Part shown: one piece after another, positions 19,776 to 29,175 of the stretch
Numbering within the stretch: the first letter of the stretch is position 1
Layout of the letters: the number at the start of each line of letters is the position of its first letter
Virus record (IMG/VR): IMGVR_UViG_3300021255_002694
Reading direction: 5' to 3' (one strand)
DNA: 64,000 bases
DNA from: a virus
Lineage: Duplodnaviria > Caudoviricetes
Program-made: the position numbers and the translations under genes
The notes under the pieces: generated by a model
The model's input: the letters and a program-made list of their open reading frames with translations, nothing else
The model's database searches: none
Told to the model about the DNA's origin: nothing

Positions 19776-20051
19776 ATGCTTAAAACAAATGTAAAAGATA
19801 TCATTCGTCAAATGGTAAAAGATGATTGTCTTTATTTAGACATTCTATGTGGAAATCAACTTTGTCTTAGGGAGCGTATTCAATATTGCGAAAGACGAAT
19901 TGATCCTTTTATCGCTCTGGTTGCAGAGAAAGATGAAAGTGCAGTTGAAGATCAGTTGCAGTACATTAAGTCTGATATAGAACAGAAAGTTTCAAACATT
20001 CGCTGCGGTAAGAACACGATCAGCGATTTTTGTGACTACATTACATGGTAA
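19776..20051 (+). CDS. hypothetical protein
   Basis: ORF in operon. Confidence 0.6.
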   Translation: MLKTNVKDIIRQMVKDDCLYLDILCGNQLCLRERIQYCERRIDPFIALVAEKDESAVEDQLQYIKSDIEQKVSNIRCGKNTISDFCDYITW

Positions 20052-20073
20052 TAATTAAAAAAAGGAGATTAAA

Positions 20074-21429
20074 ATGAAAAGACTTGTTTCCGGAATCATT
20101 AGTGCATCATTTGCACTCGCATGTTTTAATTCAGCGCCGATTACAGCATTTGCTTCGTATGAAGATGCAAGAAATCAGATTGTTTCAGAACTTGAATCAT
20201 TTGATAATGCAGAATTGTTTAATTTTGTAGACACAGTAAAGGATATTCCAGATAACGCTACTATTGTAGATCAGCAGTATAGGCAGAATATTAGAAAGAG
20301 ATATTCAGTTGACTATGGATCAGTAACTCTTGATATTACAGAATATGAAAATGATTCTATTACGATTGAACTAACAACGCTGAAAGCATCATATGATACT
20401 GTTTATTTGCCTAATATTGTTGTAGATGAAGATGAATTTACATTTGGTATTCAGCAGACTAATTTTGGTAAAGATTATACATATAAAGATTTTCATGGAA
20501 GTTCTGTAACAGATGTTCCGCTCCGAAATGAGTCTATTGTAACACATAGGGTACAGGTCAAAACAACTAATACTCGTGGAGAAAAGTTTGCAACAATTAC
20601 AATCAGCCGGAATATGAAAACAGCAACTAAGTCTGTTGAGATCAAGGGCTTTGCTAAGATCATTCATCTCAATGAATCTCCAAATAATTATAGCAGTTCA
20701 GAGGATTATGTAAAAGAATTCCGGCGTTGGTGCGATAAAATTGATGCCGATGTTTACTTTATTAGTTCTGCAACAAAAGACATTTACACATCAAGTACAG
20801 GCAACGTGTGTGCTGATTCTGACGAAAGCTATAATGTAATTGATAAGTTGATCACAGATACATACGGTGATGCAGAAAACGGTTCTGATGGAGTGTATTG
20901 GATTGTACAGAAACCAAGACTTTCGGAAGAAGATTCTGCAAAGCTAACTGAATTTTTCGGAAACGGATTTGATTATAGTAAATGTAAAGTTGATTATCTT
21001 AGTGACGTTTCATCTTCGCCAATCATGCTCCCAATGCATCATATTGTGTTTGATAAAAACCTTATTGCAAGACCTGAATATGATCTTGGAATGACAATTC
21101 ATTATTATGATAAGAACGGACTCGCTCCTGAAATCATGTTCAATGAAGAATATGAGGGAAAGATCAATAAGCTGACTGATGAACAATCATATATCAAGAC
21201 ACTTGAGGGTAGTCTGAATGAGAAATCGGAAGAAATTTCAAGACTAGAATCAGAAATTTCAAAGCTGAAAACGCAAAAATATATCACAAGTAATCTCGGT
21301 GATGTGAACAACGATAACACTATTGATGCGGCTGATGCACAGCTTATTTTGAATTACTATGTGTATACTTTGGCAAATAGTGATGCAGAACCACTTGAAG
21401 ATTGGATTTCTAAGATTGTAACAAATTAA
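20074..21429 (+). CDS. secreted protein with C-terminal dockerin module
   Basis: Sec signal MKRLVSGIISASFALACF...AFA; coiled coil; C-terminal GDVNNDNTIDAADAQLILNYY Ca-binding dockerin repeat. Confidence 0.8.
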   Translation: MKRLVSGIISASFALACFNSAPITAFASYEDARNQIVSELESFDNAELFNFVDTVKDIPDNATIVDQQYRQNIRKRYSVDYGSVTLDITEYENDSITIELTTLKASYDTVYLPNIVVDEDEFTFGIQQTNFGKDYTYKDFHGSSVTDVPLRNESIVTHRVQVKTTNTRGEKFATITISRNMKTATKSVEIKGFAKIIHLNESPNNYSSSEDYVKEFRRWCDKIDADVYFISSATKDIYTSSTGNVCADSDESYNVIDKLITDTYGDAENGSDGVYWIVQKPRLSEEDSAKLTEFFGNGFDYSKCKVDYLSDVSSSPIMLPMHHIVFDKNLIARPEYDLGMTIHYYDKNGLAPEIMFNEEYEGKINKLTDEQSYIKTLEGSLNEKSEEISRLESEISKLKTQKYITSNLGDVNNDNTIDAADAQLILNYYVYTLANSDAEPLEDWISKIVTN

Positions 21430-21474
21430 AACTATCTTGAAAAATATCCTTAGTAAAAGGAGTGTCTGGAAAAC

Positions 21475-21792
21475 ATGGGGAAGATAAAAAAGGTATTTGT
21501 TGTTATCGTGCGGATACTGGAAATTGTTATATTTTGTGCTATAATTTTCGGGATAGTGTTGCTTACAATCGTTTCTGTGAAATATACAATCAAATTAAAT
21601 AAGTATATAAAAGAGGACGCTAAGTGGAATATAAAGGTCGCTAACCATTCATATTACACTGAGGCTTATACAGAGATTGATCTAAATGAATATGGTTTTG
21701 ACGATACAGTTATTATTTTTACAGATCATAACTGTACAAACCGTAGCATACTGAAATCAGAGAATCCAGAGATTATAAGCACACAAGATTAA
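21475..21792 (+). CDS. membrane-anchored hypothetical protein
   Basis: N-terminal TM helix. Confidence 0.6.
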   Translation: MGKIKKVFVVIVRILEIVIFCAIIFGIVLLTIVSVKYTIKLNKYIKEDAKWNIKVANHSYYTEAYTEIDLNEYGFDDTVIIFTDHNCTNRSILKSENPEIISTQD

Positions 21793-21814
21793 ATTTGAGA
21801 AAGGATGTTTAGTT

Positions 21815-22042
21815 ATGAGTTCAAGTAGTAAAAGTTCTGGTTCGGGTGGTGGAGTTGGAATCCCGACAGTAATCCAGATTGTTTTTATCATTCTTAAAGT
21901 TGTTGGCGTTATCGAATGGTCATGGCTTTGGGTACTTTCACCAACATGGATTTCAATTTTAGTTGTTATCTTTGTTCTGCTTATCTTATTTATTGTGAAA
22001 GTAATCAGTGTTGTATTACGTAAAAAGAAAAGAGGTAAATAA
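21815..22042 (+). CDS. small two-TM phage membrane protein
   Basis: IVFIILKVVGVIEWSWLWVLSPTW motif typical of a small phage membrane family. Confidence 0.7.
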   Translation: MSSSSKSSGSGGGVGIPTVIQIVFIILKVVGVIEWSWLWVLSPTWISILVVIFVLLILFIVKVISVVLRKKKRGK

Positions 22043-22467
22043 TGACAGTAGCGGAATTGAGAAAAATATTAGAAGATTATCCAGATGATATGCCTGTTGT
22101 TGTTAAGCATAGTTCAATAGTTGTTGAGAAAGATTATGTAACTGGTTCAGATGATTTTGAACTTGTATGTGAAACCGGATACGGAGTACATTATGATGGG
22201 CTGTTGAAAAATCTTGAACAAGGTGTACGTTATGTTTATGAGAACGGTGATACATTTCCCGATGATTGTGACAATCATGAAGAAGATGAACCATATTGGA
22301 GATACAAGAATTTTACAAAATTTAAGGTTGATAGTGATTGCACTATAACTGCAAGATATGAATATGCTGATGTAAAACTTGTGATCGGTGAATACCAGTT
22401 TGCAACATCGAATCTTGATAGTGATATTGGTGCAAACCTATATGATGAATGTCTACTAATTTGTTGA
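22042..22467 (+). CDS. hypothetical protein
   Basis: MTVAELRKILEDYPDDMPVV start. Confidence 0.7.
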   Translation: MTVAELRKILEDYPDDMPVVVKHSSIVVEKDYVTGSDDFELVCETGYGVHYDGLLKNLEQGVRYVYENGDTFPDDCDNHEEDEPYWRYKNFTKFKVDSDCTITARYEYADVKLVIGEYQFATSNLDSDIGANLYDECLLIC

Positions 22468-22478
22468 GGTGTTGAAAA

Positions 22479-22946
22479 ATGATGGATGAAGTTCAATTTA
22501 AGTCATATGGAGAAATTAAGGCGCAGATCAAAGAACGTATTGCTGAACTATCTAAGCAGAGAAATAAACTTGAAATTCAAATGAGAGATGATAAGAAAAA
22601 GCTATTTCTATCTGCTGTTGATAAGTGGAAACCGCTTGTTGGATGCTGTTTTAAGATCAAAGACGATCTATATGATTACATGTTCGTTGTAACAGATGTT
22701 CCGCAAGAAGAATATACAATGACGGAAACAATATATAATCGTTATAAGCTGCCAGTGTTTTTGGTTGACAGAAAAGGCATGACTCGCAATTCATTTATCA
22801 CTTCATTTGCGGTGGATGCAGATGATGTTTACGCCGAATTTACTAAAAAGTTTGAACCAATTTCGCATGAAGATTTTTTAATTGAGATCGGAGACATTAT
22901 TTCATCTGAGATCATTGCAAAGGCTGTAAATAAATATAACAAATAA
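22479..22946 (+). CDS. hypothetical protein, paralog of 24030
   Basis: KW..VG.CFK, DVP, IYN.YK blocks shared. Confidence 0.75.
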   Translation: MMDEVQFKSYGEIKAQIKERIAELSKQRNKLEIQMRDDKKKLFLSAVDKWKPLVGCCFKIKDDLYDYMFVVTDVPQEEYTMTETIYNRYKLPVFLVDRKGMTRNSFITSFAVDADDVYAEFTKKFEPISHEDFLIEIGDIISSEIIAKAVNKYNK

Positions 22947-22963
22947 AATATTTTCAAAACCCC

Positions 22964-22998
22964 TTGACATTCTGCAAAAATTGTGGTATACTATATTT
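22964..22998 (+). promoter_or_regulatory. sigmaA-type promoter P6 inside long inverted repeat
   Basis: TTGACA-N17-TATACT-ATATTT; AACCCCTTGAC / GTCAAGGGGTT arms. Confidence 0.85.
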
Positions 22999-23054
22999 AC
23001 GAAGTACCTTTGCAAAAGTCAAGGGGTTATTTTTAAGAAGTGAGGTAAATAAAT

Positions 23055-23348
23055 ATGAAAGAGGATTTTAGCAAAATCGCAGCACAGGGTTTGTATGCCT
23101 TTGTAGCAAATATTTATAAGGAAGCCTATAATCAGGGTGCAAGGGATATTCTGAAAGCCCTTGCAAAGAATGATGAAGTGCAAAAAGCATATAAGAATAT
23201 GCAAGATGATTGTTTCCGCGATCTAGCTGGATTTCAATATGGAGGTAGCTACTGCCCAAAGCAATGCTGTATCGGAGCAGAAACTTGTACTGAATGTATA
23301 GACGAAACAGATTTCTATGAGGAACTAGTAGAAATGGGGATTGAATAA
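23055..23348 (+). CDS. hypothetical protein
   Basis: GTGAGG RBS after P6. Confidence 0.65.
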   Translation: MKEDFSKIAAQGLYAFVANIYKEAYNQGARDILKALAKNDEVQKAYKNMQDDCFRDLAGFQYGGSYCPKQCCIGAETCTECIDETDFYEELVEMGIE

Positions 23349-23665
23349 TGATTACAGAAAAACATACATTTGTAACAGATTGTGACGACAAGGAGTTTAA
23401 GACTCGTGATGCCGCAGAAGATCATGAGGTAGAATATGATAAGATTAAGGAATTAAAAGAAGCATTACAAACTATTCACGATTTTTGTAAATGGTTCAGA
23501 AATGAAAAGACAGATGCATGTTGTGACTACACATTTAAGTGTCCGCTTTATGATCTTTGTTCTAAATTAGGTTGTTCCGGATGTTCGACATTCGACAAAA
23601 TTCCGTTTACAGTTCGTGTTGATAATCTAAAAAGAACTATGCCGAACACAGTTAAGAAGAATTGA
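23348..23665 (+). CDS. Cys-rich hypothetical protein
   Basis: TAATG overlap. Confidence 0.65.
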   Translation: MITEKHTFVTDCDDKEFKTRDAAEDHEVEYDKIKELKEALQTIHDFCKWFRNEKTDACCDYTFKCPLYDLCSKLGCSGCSTFDKIPFTVRVDNLKRTMPNTVKKN

Positions 23666-23702
23666 TTATAGTGACAGGTAGAACTAAAGGTGTGTGATTT
23701 AG

Positions 23703-23990
23703 TTGGATATAAAAATTGGTGATGTATTAGACAGAATACCGCATGATTATCGTGAATCAGGAAACATAAATTTATCAATTTTAGGAACAACCTTATCGAA
23801 ATTAGGATATGCAATATTCAGATTTCCATTTCCAGTTACACAGCACAGTTGTTATTTCGTATTTAAGTATTTAGATAAAGATAATCCTGATCAAAGCAAA
23901 GTTATATATCTTGGTGAATATAGATATCTCAATCACGCTGTTTACTGGATAAGGAATGATCTATTTAACAACAGTGGTGTATGGCATTGA
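23703..23990 (+). CDS. hypothetical protein
   Basis: ORF in operon, TTG start. Confidence 0.55.
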   Translation: MDIKIGDVLDRIPHDYRESGNINLSILGTTLSKLGYAIFRFPFPVTQHSCYFVFKYLDKDNPDQSKVIYLGEYRYLNHAVYWIRNDLFNNSGVWH

Positions 23991-24029
23991 GTGATTTTGT
24001 CTTTTTGAAAAATAAGGAGAAGTGTTGTA

Positions 24030-24518
24030 ATGAATAAAGATGATCTAATTGCTGAATACGGTAAGATATCAGACGAAATCAATGCTCTTTCTAAGAGAAA
24101 ACTTGAAATAAAGAATGAACTGCACAAACTTTCGGAAGAAGAATATGATTCAGTTTGTGCGAAATGGCAACAGTTTGTAGGAAAATGTTTCAAGAAAGAA
24201 TGGTCAGATTATTCAAAATACTCACAATATTTTATCATTATTGATGTTCCTAAAATTGAAAATAGTTCAACATATGGAAAAATATATAATAAATATAAGG
24301 TTAAAGCATTTATGTTTCAGCCAATAGATTCTATTACAGAGGTAAAAACAATTACATCAAATGCAGTTGATTTTGATAACTTCACAGAAAGATTTTGTGA
24401 AAACTTTACACCGATTAGCTTTGATGAATTTATGGATAAACTTAGAGAATCTATTTTAGAAAAATATAATGTTGACACTTTCATAAGCATTGATTCATTC
24501 CATAACAAACATGAATGA
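24030..24518 (+). CDS. hypothetical protein, paralog of 22479
   Basis: See 22479. Confidence 0.75.
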   Translation: MNKDDLIAEYGKISDEINALSKRKLEIKNELHKLSEEEYDSVCAKWQQFVGKCFKKEWSDYSKYSQYFIIIDVPKIENSSTYGKIYNKYKVKAFMFQPIDSITEVKTITSNAVDFDNFTERFCENFTPISFDEFMDKLRESILEKYNVDTFISIDSFHNKHE

Positions 24519-24579
24519 ATAATGTACTGTCGGAGATGCGGAAGTTATATGTATATTATGAGGGGTGGGGAGTATAAAA

Positions 24580-24786
24580 ATGACTAACGGAGAGATTATC
24601 AGAAAATTACTAAATGGATGCGATATAGCAGATGAGGAATTTGCAAAAATACGAATCTGCCCCTATAATGTATCCGAAACATGTAACATTGACATGGAAT
24701 GTGACGAATGCCGACTTAAATGGCTGAAAAAAGATTGTTTTGACTTTCAACCGTGTGTAAATGATTTACGGTTTGGAATATCCTAA
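24580..24786 (+). CDS. small Cys-rich phage protein
   Basis: MTNGE.IR...CPY...C.EC..KWL pattern. Confidence 0.55.
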   Translation: MTNGEIIRKLLNGCDIADEEFAKIRICPYNVSETCNIDMECDECRLKWLKKDCFDFQPCVNDLRFGIS

Positions 24787-24812
24787 ACATCAGAACTGTG
24801 GGGAGAATTAGA

Positions 24813-25118
24813 ATGTATAAGTTGTGTGAAACATGTAAAAATAGAAATGATACAAGAAGTGGTTTTGACAGCCCGTGCTATGGATGTGCCGCGCCACACT
24901 GTTTGAAATATAAAGAGGATATAGAAGAGATTAAACGTCAAGAAGGTAGTTTGTCCGATATGGATAGGTTTAATAATTTATTGGATAATACAAGTACACA
25001 TGATCAATGCGGATACAGTGATCGTAGAACCGGAAATTCCGCATATACATTCTTTGAAAGACAACGAATTGATCATGATGAATTAAATATTGATTTGAGA
25101 AGAAACGGTTGGAGATGA
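24813..25118 (+). CDS. Cys-rich hypothetical protein
   Basis: CETC...CYGC. Confidence 0.55.
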   Translation: MYKLCETCKNRNDTRSGFDSPCYGCAAPHCLKYKEDIEEIKRQEGSLSDMDRFNNLLDNTSTHDQCGYSDRRTGNSAYTFFERQRIDHDELNIDLRRNGWR

Positions 25119-25124
25119 TTTATC

Positions 25125-25430
25125 GTGACTAATAAAGAAGCATGTTTAATTATTGACGAATTTGAGAGATATCATCGTGGAGATATTTCTGATGAGCAGG
25201 AAGAAGCCTTTACACTTGCATCAAGACTTTTATCGCGTATTCCTGATGAATTTGATGGAGATTATGATACTCTTGATACAGATGATATTGCAATTATACT
25301 TGAACTTATAGCATCAAAAAGAATTGAATCTTCATATAGATTACGTGAACATGAATATATAGAAAGACTTGACAAATTGACGAGATATTTTAAAAATCAC
25401 TTCTTAGGCGAGAGTGATCTTGCTGAATAA
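25125..25430 (+). CDS. hypothetical protein
   Basis: ORF in operon. Confidence 0.6.
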   Translation: MTNKEACLIIDEFERYHRGDISDEQEEAFTLASRLLSRIPDEFDGDYDTLDTDDIAIILELIASKRIESSYRLREHEYIERLDKLTRYFKNHFLGESDLAE

Positions 25431-25451
25431 TGTAAGGAGAGTGTATTTCAC

Positions 25452-25934
25452 ATGACAAGAGAAGAAAAAGAAACTGCAATCAATAACAATATTGTTTGTT
25501 TTTCAAAATTAGATTCAATCAAACATGCTGTTGTTAATAATGGTGCAGATGTATATTCTGAAGTTGCATCTGAAATTTTCCAGCTCATTCCGGATGATTG
25601 CAAGGAGTTCCGGAGAGATGAATCTGGAAATTTTGTTAAATATGCTGATGGTAAAAAGCGTAGAGATGTTGCAAAATATTTGATGCTGAACAGAATGATG
25701 TTAGATGATATTGCATGTAAATTTGAAGTTTATGATCTTGCAGATAAAATTATCTCTGCTTTTCCATATACACCTATTGATGAACTTGAATCAGATGATC
25801 CGGATATTGAAATTGATAGAGAGTGCGCAGCTATCAATGCATACAGTTTCATTACGCTGATCCGTGGATACTGCATTCTCCCATATTATCAGAAGAAGTT
25901 TAATCAGATTAAAGAGGATTTTTGGAATGAATAA
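25452..25934 (+). CDS. hypothetical protein
   Basis: AAGGAG RBS. Confidence 0.7.
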   Translation: MTREEKETAINNNIVCFSKLDSIKHAVVNNGADVYSEVASEIFQLIPDDCKEFRRDESGNFVKYADGKKRRDVAKYLMLNRMMLDDIACKFEVYDLADKIISAFPYTPIDELESDDPDIEIDRECAAINAYSFITLIRGYCILPYYQKKFNQIKEDFWNE

Positions 25935-26121
25935 GTTGCCTAGTACAGAGATTAAATGGGAAACGATCACTAATGAAAATGGTGATGTATTTATTGTAAC
26001 TAGCAATAAGGAAAGATCACTATACTATATCTATTCTTTTGATGGAAAAGAGTATACTAAGATTGACAAAGCTAAAACTCCACCTGAATTGATGAAACAT
26101 ACGATTAAGAAAAAGAGGTAA
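25927..26121 (+). CDS. hypothetical protein
   Basis: GAGG RBS, overlap. Confidence 0.55.
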   Translation: MNKLPSTEIKWETITNENGDVFIVTSNKERSLYYIYSFDGKEYTKIDKAKTPPELMKHTIKKKR

Positions 26122-26282
26122 TAAGTCTTGATTTTAGATATAACAGCTAGTTACGCAAATATTCTTGTAACAATTTTAATTATGTGTCTTGTAATTTCAG
26201 TATTTATCGGACTAATTTCTCCGGCTGTTGAAGAACACAGACGTAAACAAAAACTTAGGAACAGAAAGAAAGGAAATAAGAA

Positions 26283-26579
26283 GTGAAATACATCCAATGT
26301 AACGATACATTATATAACATTGAAAATGCAGATGAAATCTCAGTTTTCAAAAGTTATGCACAGTCTAAAAATCATTATCTTATGAAGATTACAAGATACT
26401 TGCCTGATCCATCAAAAGGGCTTGTTTCACGGATTATTACATTCATTTTGCCGTTTTGTGAGGAATCAGACAAGGATGCTTTTATGCACGAACTGAAACT
26501 GTTTATGGTGGATAATGATAAATTTATTCTGGATGTACTTGATGAACATTTATTCCACTATGTATTGGGTGATAAGTAA
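26283..26579 (+). CDS. hypothetical protein
   Basis: ORF in operon. Confidence 0.6.
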   Translation: MKYIQCNDTLYNIENADEISVFKSYAQSKNHYLMKITRYLPDPSKGLVSRIITFILPFCEESDKDAFMHELKLFMVDNDKFILDVLDEHLFHYVLGDK

Positions 26580-27079
26580 TGAGAGACAATATCTTATTTC
26601 GCGGAAAGCGTTTGAGTAAATATGATCGGAAAAGATCATGGGTTTATGGTGTTCCAGTTGTTGAGTTGCTAAATCCGAGAGAAGTGGCTATTGTAACATC
26701 CAATACAACAAGGTATGTAAATGCGAAAACTGTTGGTGAATTTACTGGACTGTATGATATCAATGGTACACCAATATTTGAGGGTGACATTGTATTAACA
26801 CAAGATTTTAGTACAACACGATCAAAAATGTCTAAAGGCTATAAGGCAATGAAGTTTAAGGGTGTTGTTGAACATGTTGTAAAATCTGGAACTAATTTCT
26901 ATAACGAAAATACAGGAGAATACGATATGACAGCGTATTATTCATCCGAATTTGATGTAAGACTTATTGATTACGATGACAAATATCCACATTATGCATG
27001 GAGTAAGTTCTGGGGTTGTCAAGTAATAGGAAATATTTACGATAATCCAGAACTTCTTAAAATACCAGGAAAGGATTGA
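26579..27079 (+). CDS. YopX-family protein
   Basis: ILFRG...FTGLYDINGTPIFEGDIV...VIGNIYDNPELL. Confidence 0.85.
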   Translation: MRDNILFRGKRLSKYDRKRSWVYGVPVVELLNPREVAIVTSNTTRYVNAKTVGEFTGLYDINGTPIFEGDIVLTQDFSTTRSKMSKGYKAMKFKGVVEHVVKSGTNFYNENTGEYDMTAYYSSEFDVRLIDYDDKYPHYAWSKFWGCQVIGNIYDNPELLKIPGKD

Positions 27080-27084
27080 TTTTT

Positions 27085-27348
27085 ATGATGAGATTTTGTG
27101 GAATGATGCCAGAAAGTGAAATTAAAAGGAAATCGGTGTATACTGATCGCAACGGGGATGAAGTAATAATTTATTCAGGACCTAATGGTTGGACTGTGCA
27201 TTATTGTGATAGTACATGCTACAGGGATGAATCAATCGGTACAGATGCAAATTTTGAAAATGCCTATAACTGTGCAAATGAAGAGGTTGGTCCGCTTAAA
27301 ATGCTTACTCATGAGAATGAAGAATGCGAGGTAGATGTCGATGATTAA
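27085..27348 (+). CDS. hypothetical protein
   Basis: ORF in operon. Confidence 0.6.
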   Translation: MMRFCGMMPESEIKRKSVYTDRNGDEVIIYSGPNGWTVHYCDSTCYRDESIGTDANFENAYNCANEEVGPLKMLTHENEECEVDVDD

Positions 27349-27856
27349 GTATACATTGCGCAGTGGTGTGTTTGAAACAAATTCAAGTTCAAGTCATACA
27401 CTTGTATACAATAAAATCGAAAGTGAGAATATATTTGATTTCAATTTTGAAAAGGTTGATGAAAACGGATTTATTCACATTGAAACACAGTATTTTCATG
27501 ACGATTATAGCTATGTTGAAACACCAACAGAAAAGCTATCTTATCTAATCACTCAAATTGCTCGGAGATGTGTAATTTTTGATGAGTTTGAATATCTGAT
27601 GCCGGAACAAGTAATGTTAAGTCATCAGTTTATTGAATTGAGTAACTATATCAAGGAGAAAACACCTTATGCCGGAATTATAATTGACGGAAAAATAACC
27701 GAAGATAATTGCTACATTGATCATGAATCATGCGAATCAGACTACAAAGAGATTCTTAACCATGTTGAGAACAGAGAGACTGGTGAGTACGATTCTGTCT
27801 CACTATATGATTTCTTATTTAATAAAAATTATTACATTGTTTTGGCTTATTGCTGA
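27341..27856 (+). CDS. FETNSSS-motif phage protein (paralog of 9165)
   Basis: LRSGVFETNSSSSHT, EKLSYL, YIDHES. Confidence 0.75.
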   Translation: MIKYTLRSGVFETNSSSSHTLVYNKIESENIFDFNFEKVDENGFIHIETQYFHDDYSYVETPTEKLSYLITQIARRCVIFDEFEYLMPEQVMLSHQFIELSNYIKEKTPYAGIIIDGKITEDNCYIDHESCESDYKEILNHVENRETGEYDSVSLYDFLFNKNYYIVLAYC

Positions 27857-27943
27857 CGGTAGTTTGAATCGTTATCTTATCTGTCAATATGAATTAGAGT
27901 TTTATTGTAAAATATACATGCAAAATAACAACTATTATGAACA

Positions 27944-27976
27944 ATAGCTACTGGAAATTATGTTTCCAGTAGCTAT
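27944..27976 (+). promoter_or_regulatory. perfect 14-bp hairpin (TTATG loop) preceding tagged-gene cassette 1
   Basis: ATAGCTACTGGAAA-TTATG-TTTCCAGTAGCTAT. Confidence 0.6.
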
Positions 27977-28003
27977 AATTTTAAGAAAGGGATTGATTTA
28001 ATT

Positions 28004-28471
28004 ATGAAATTGTTTATTAGAGAAAGCAATATAGATGAATCAGCACAAGATGAACTCTATAGAATTGCAGAGTATGAACTATTACCAGAAACACAACTAT
28101 ATAAGATATCAGAGCGTTGTACTATTGATGAAGATACTTTTGATTTTACTCAAACTGGTACTGCTTGGGGCGGATATATCTGTTATGATATCTATATGGA
28201 GTGGACTGCTGAGTATCTACCGAGAATAGAGGATTTTTATAGAGATAATATTGATGATATTTGGCATAGAGATTGGAAACTGGATGAAATTAAAATATAC
28301 TTTAATATCCATGTTGATGGCGATAAAGTTACTGTAGAAATTGCAGATATGGATATTGTAGAACCTAAAAATTTTGAAAAAGTATTTGATCTTGATGCTC
28401 TTTGTGATGCAATTAGAGAAATTGCTGAAAATTCTGCTAACTATATTCATTCTAAGATCGGAAGCTATTAA
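28004..28471 (+). CDS. MKLxIxE-tagged protein (candidate virion internal protein)
   Basis: Starts MKLFIRES; acidic. Confidence 0.7.
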   Translation: MKLFIRESNIDESAQDELYRIAEYELLPETQLYKISERCTIDEDTFDFTQTGTAWGGYICYDIYMEWTAEYLPRIEDFYRDNIDDIWHRDWKLDEIKIYFNIHVDGDKVTVEIADMDIVEPKNFEKVFDLDALCDAIREIAENSANYIHSKIGSY

Positions 28472-28490
28472 AAATTGGCGGTGATGTAAA

Positions 28491-29039
28491 GTGAAACTTA
28501 TTTTTGAAACTGTTTATGATGTAAACAAAGTTAAAAATCTTATACTGAAACACTTGACAAAATACTATTTTGATAGTTGCGGCGGATATGGAATATCAAA
28601 GAAACAGCAAACAGATTTTGCAAGAGAAGATGCATTAAAAACAATGAATTCAAATGTTGCATATGATGATGAATTTCTCCAAGAAGTTGCTGATTTCTTA
28701 AATTCTATAAGTTATCCTGTTACAGTATATAGAGGTCTTGCAACAGATAATATAAATGACATAAAAACAGGAATTAAATCAGGTGTTCACTGGACTATTG
28801 ATCCGGAGTATATAAAGAATCAAACTAATTTATTACACTTTAAGTATGTAATGATCGGAAAATTCAATGAACAAGATATTGACTTTGAAAAGACTGCAAA
28901 TACATATCTACATTATTCTCTAAATGATCAAAAACATAGATATAATAAATCTCGTGAGATGGAGATATGGGTGAAACAGCGTAAAGAACCAAAAGACCTT
29001 GAAATAGTAACTTTTGAAGATTTCTGTAAGAACTATTGA
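28491..29039 (+). CDS. tagged protein, ADP-ribosyltransferase-like (R-S-E type)
   Basis: Starts MKLIFE; TVYRG, GVHWT, EMEIWV motifs in ART order. Confidence 0.6.
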   Translation: MKLIFETVYDVNKVKNLILKHLTKYYFDSCGGYGISKKQQTDFAREDALKTMNSNVAYDDEFLQEVADFLNSISYPVTVYRGLATDNINDIKTGIKSGVHWTIDPEYIKNQTNLLHFKYVMIGKFNEQDIDFEKTANTYLHYSLNDQKHRYNKSREMEIWVKQRKEPKDLEIVTFEDFCKNY

Positions 29040-29085
29040 TCACATTCAGGAGTTAGGTCTTTGATTAAACACATACATATTACAC

Positions 29086-29117
29086 AAAAATCTGCACATA
29101 TCTTTGTGCAGATTTTT
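29086..29117 (+). terminator. intrinsic terminator (near-duplicate at 61226)
   Basis: AAAAATCTGCACA / TGTGCAGATTTTT. Confidence 0.75.
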
Positions 29118-29140
29118 CTTTATATTTTTCAGGAAAAGTA

Positions 29141-29175
29141 TTGACAAAAAGAAATAAATATGATATACTATATTT
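29141..29175 (+). promoter_or_regulatory. sigmaA-type promoter P7
   Basis: TTGACA-N17-TATACT-ATATTT. Confidence 0.85.
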
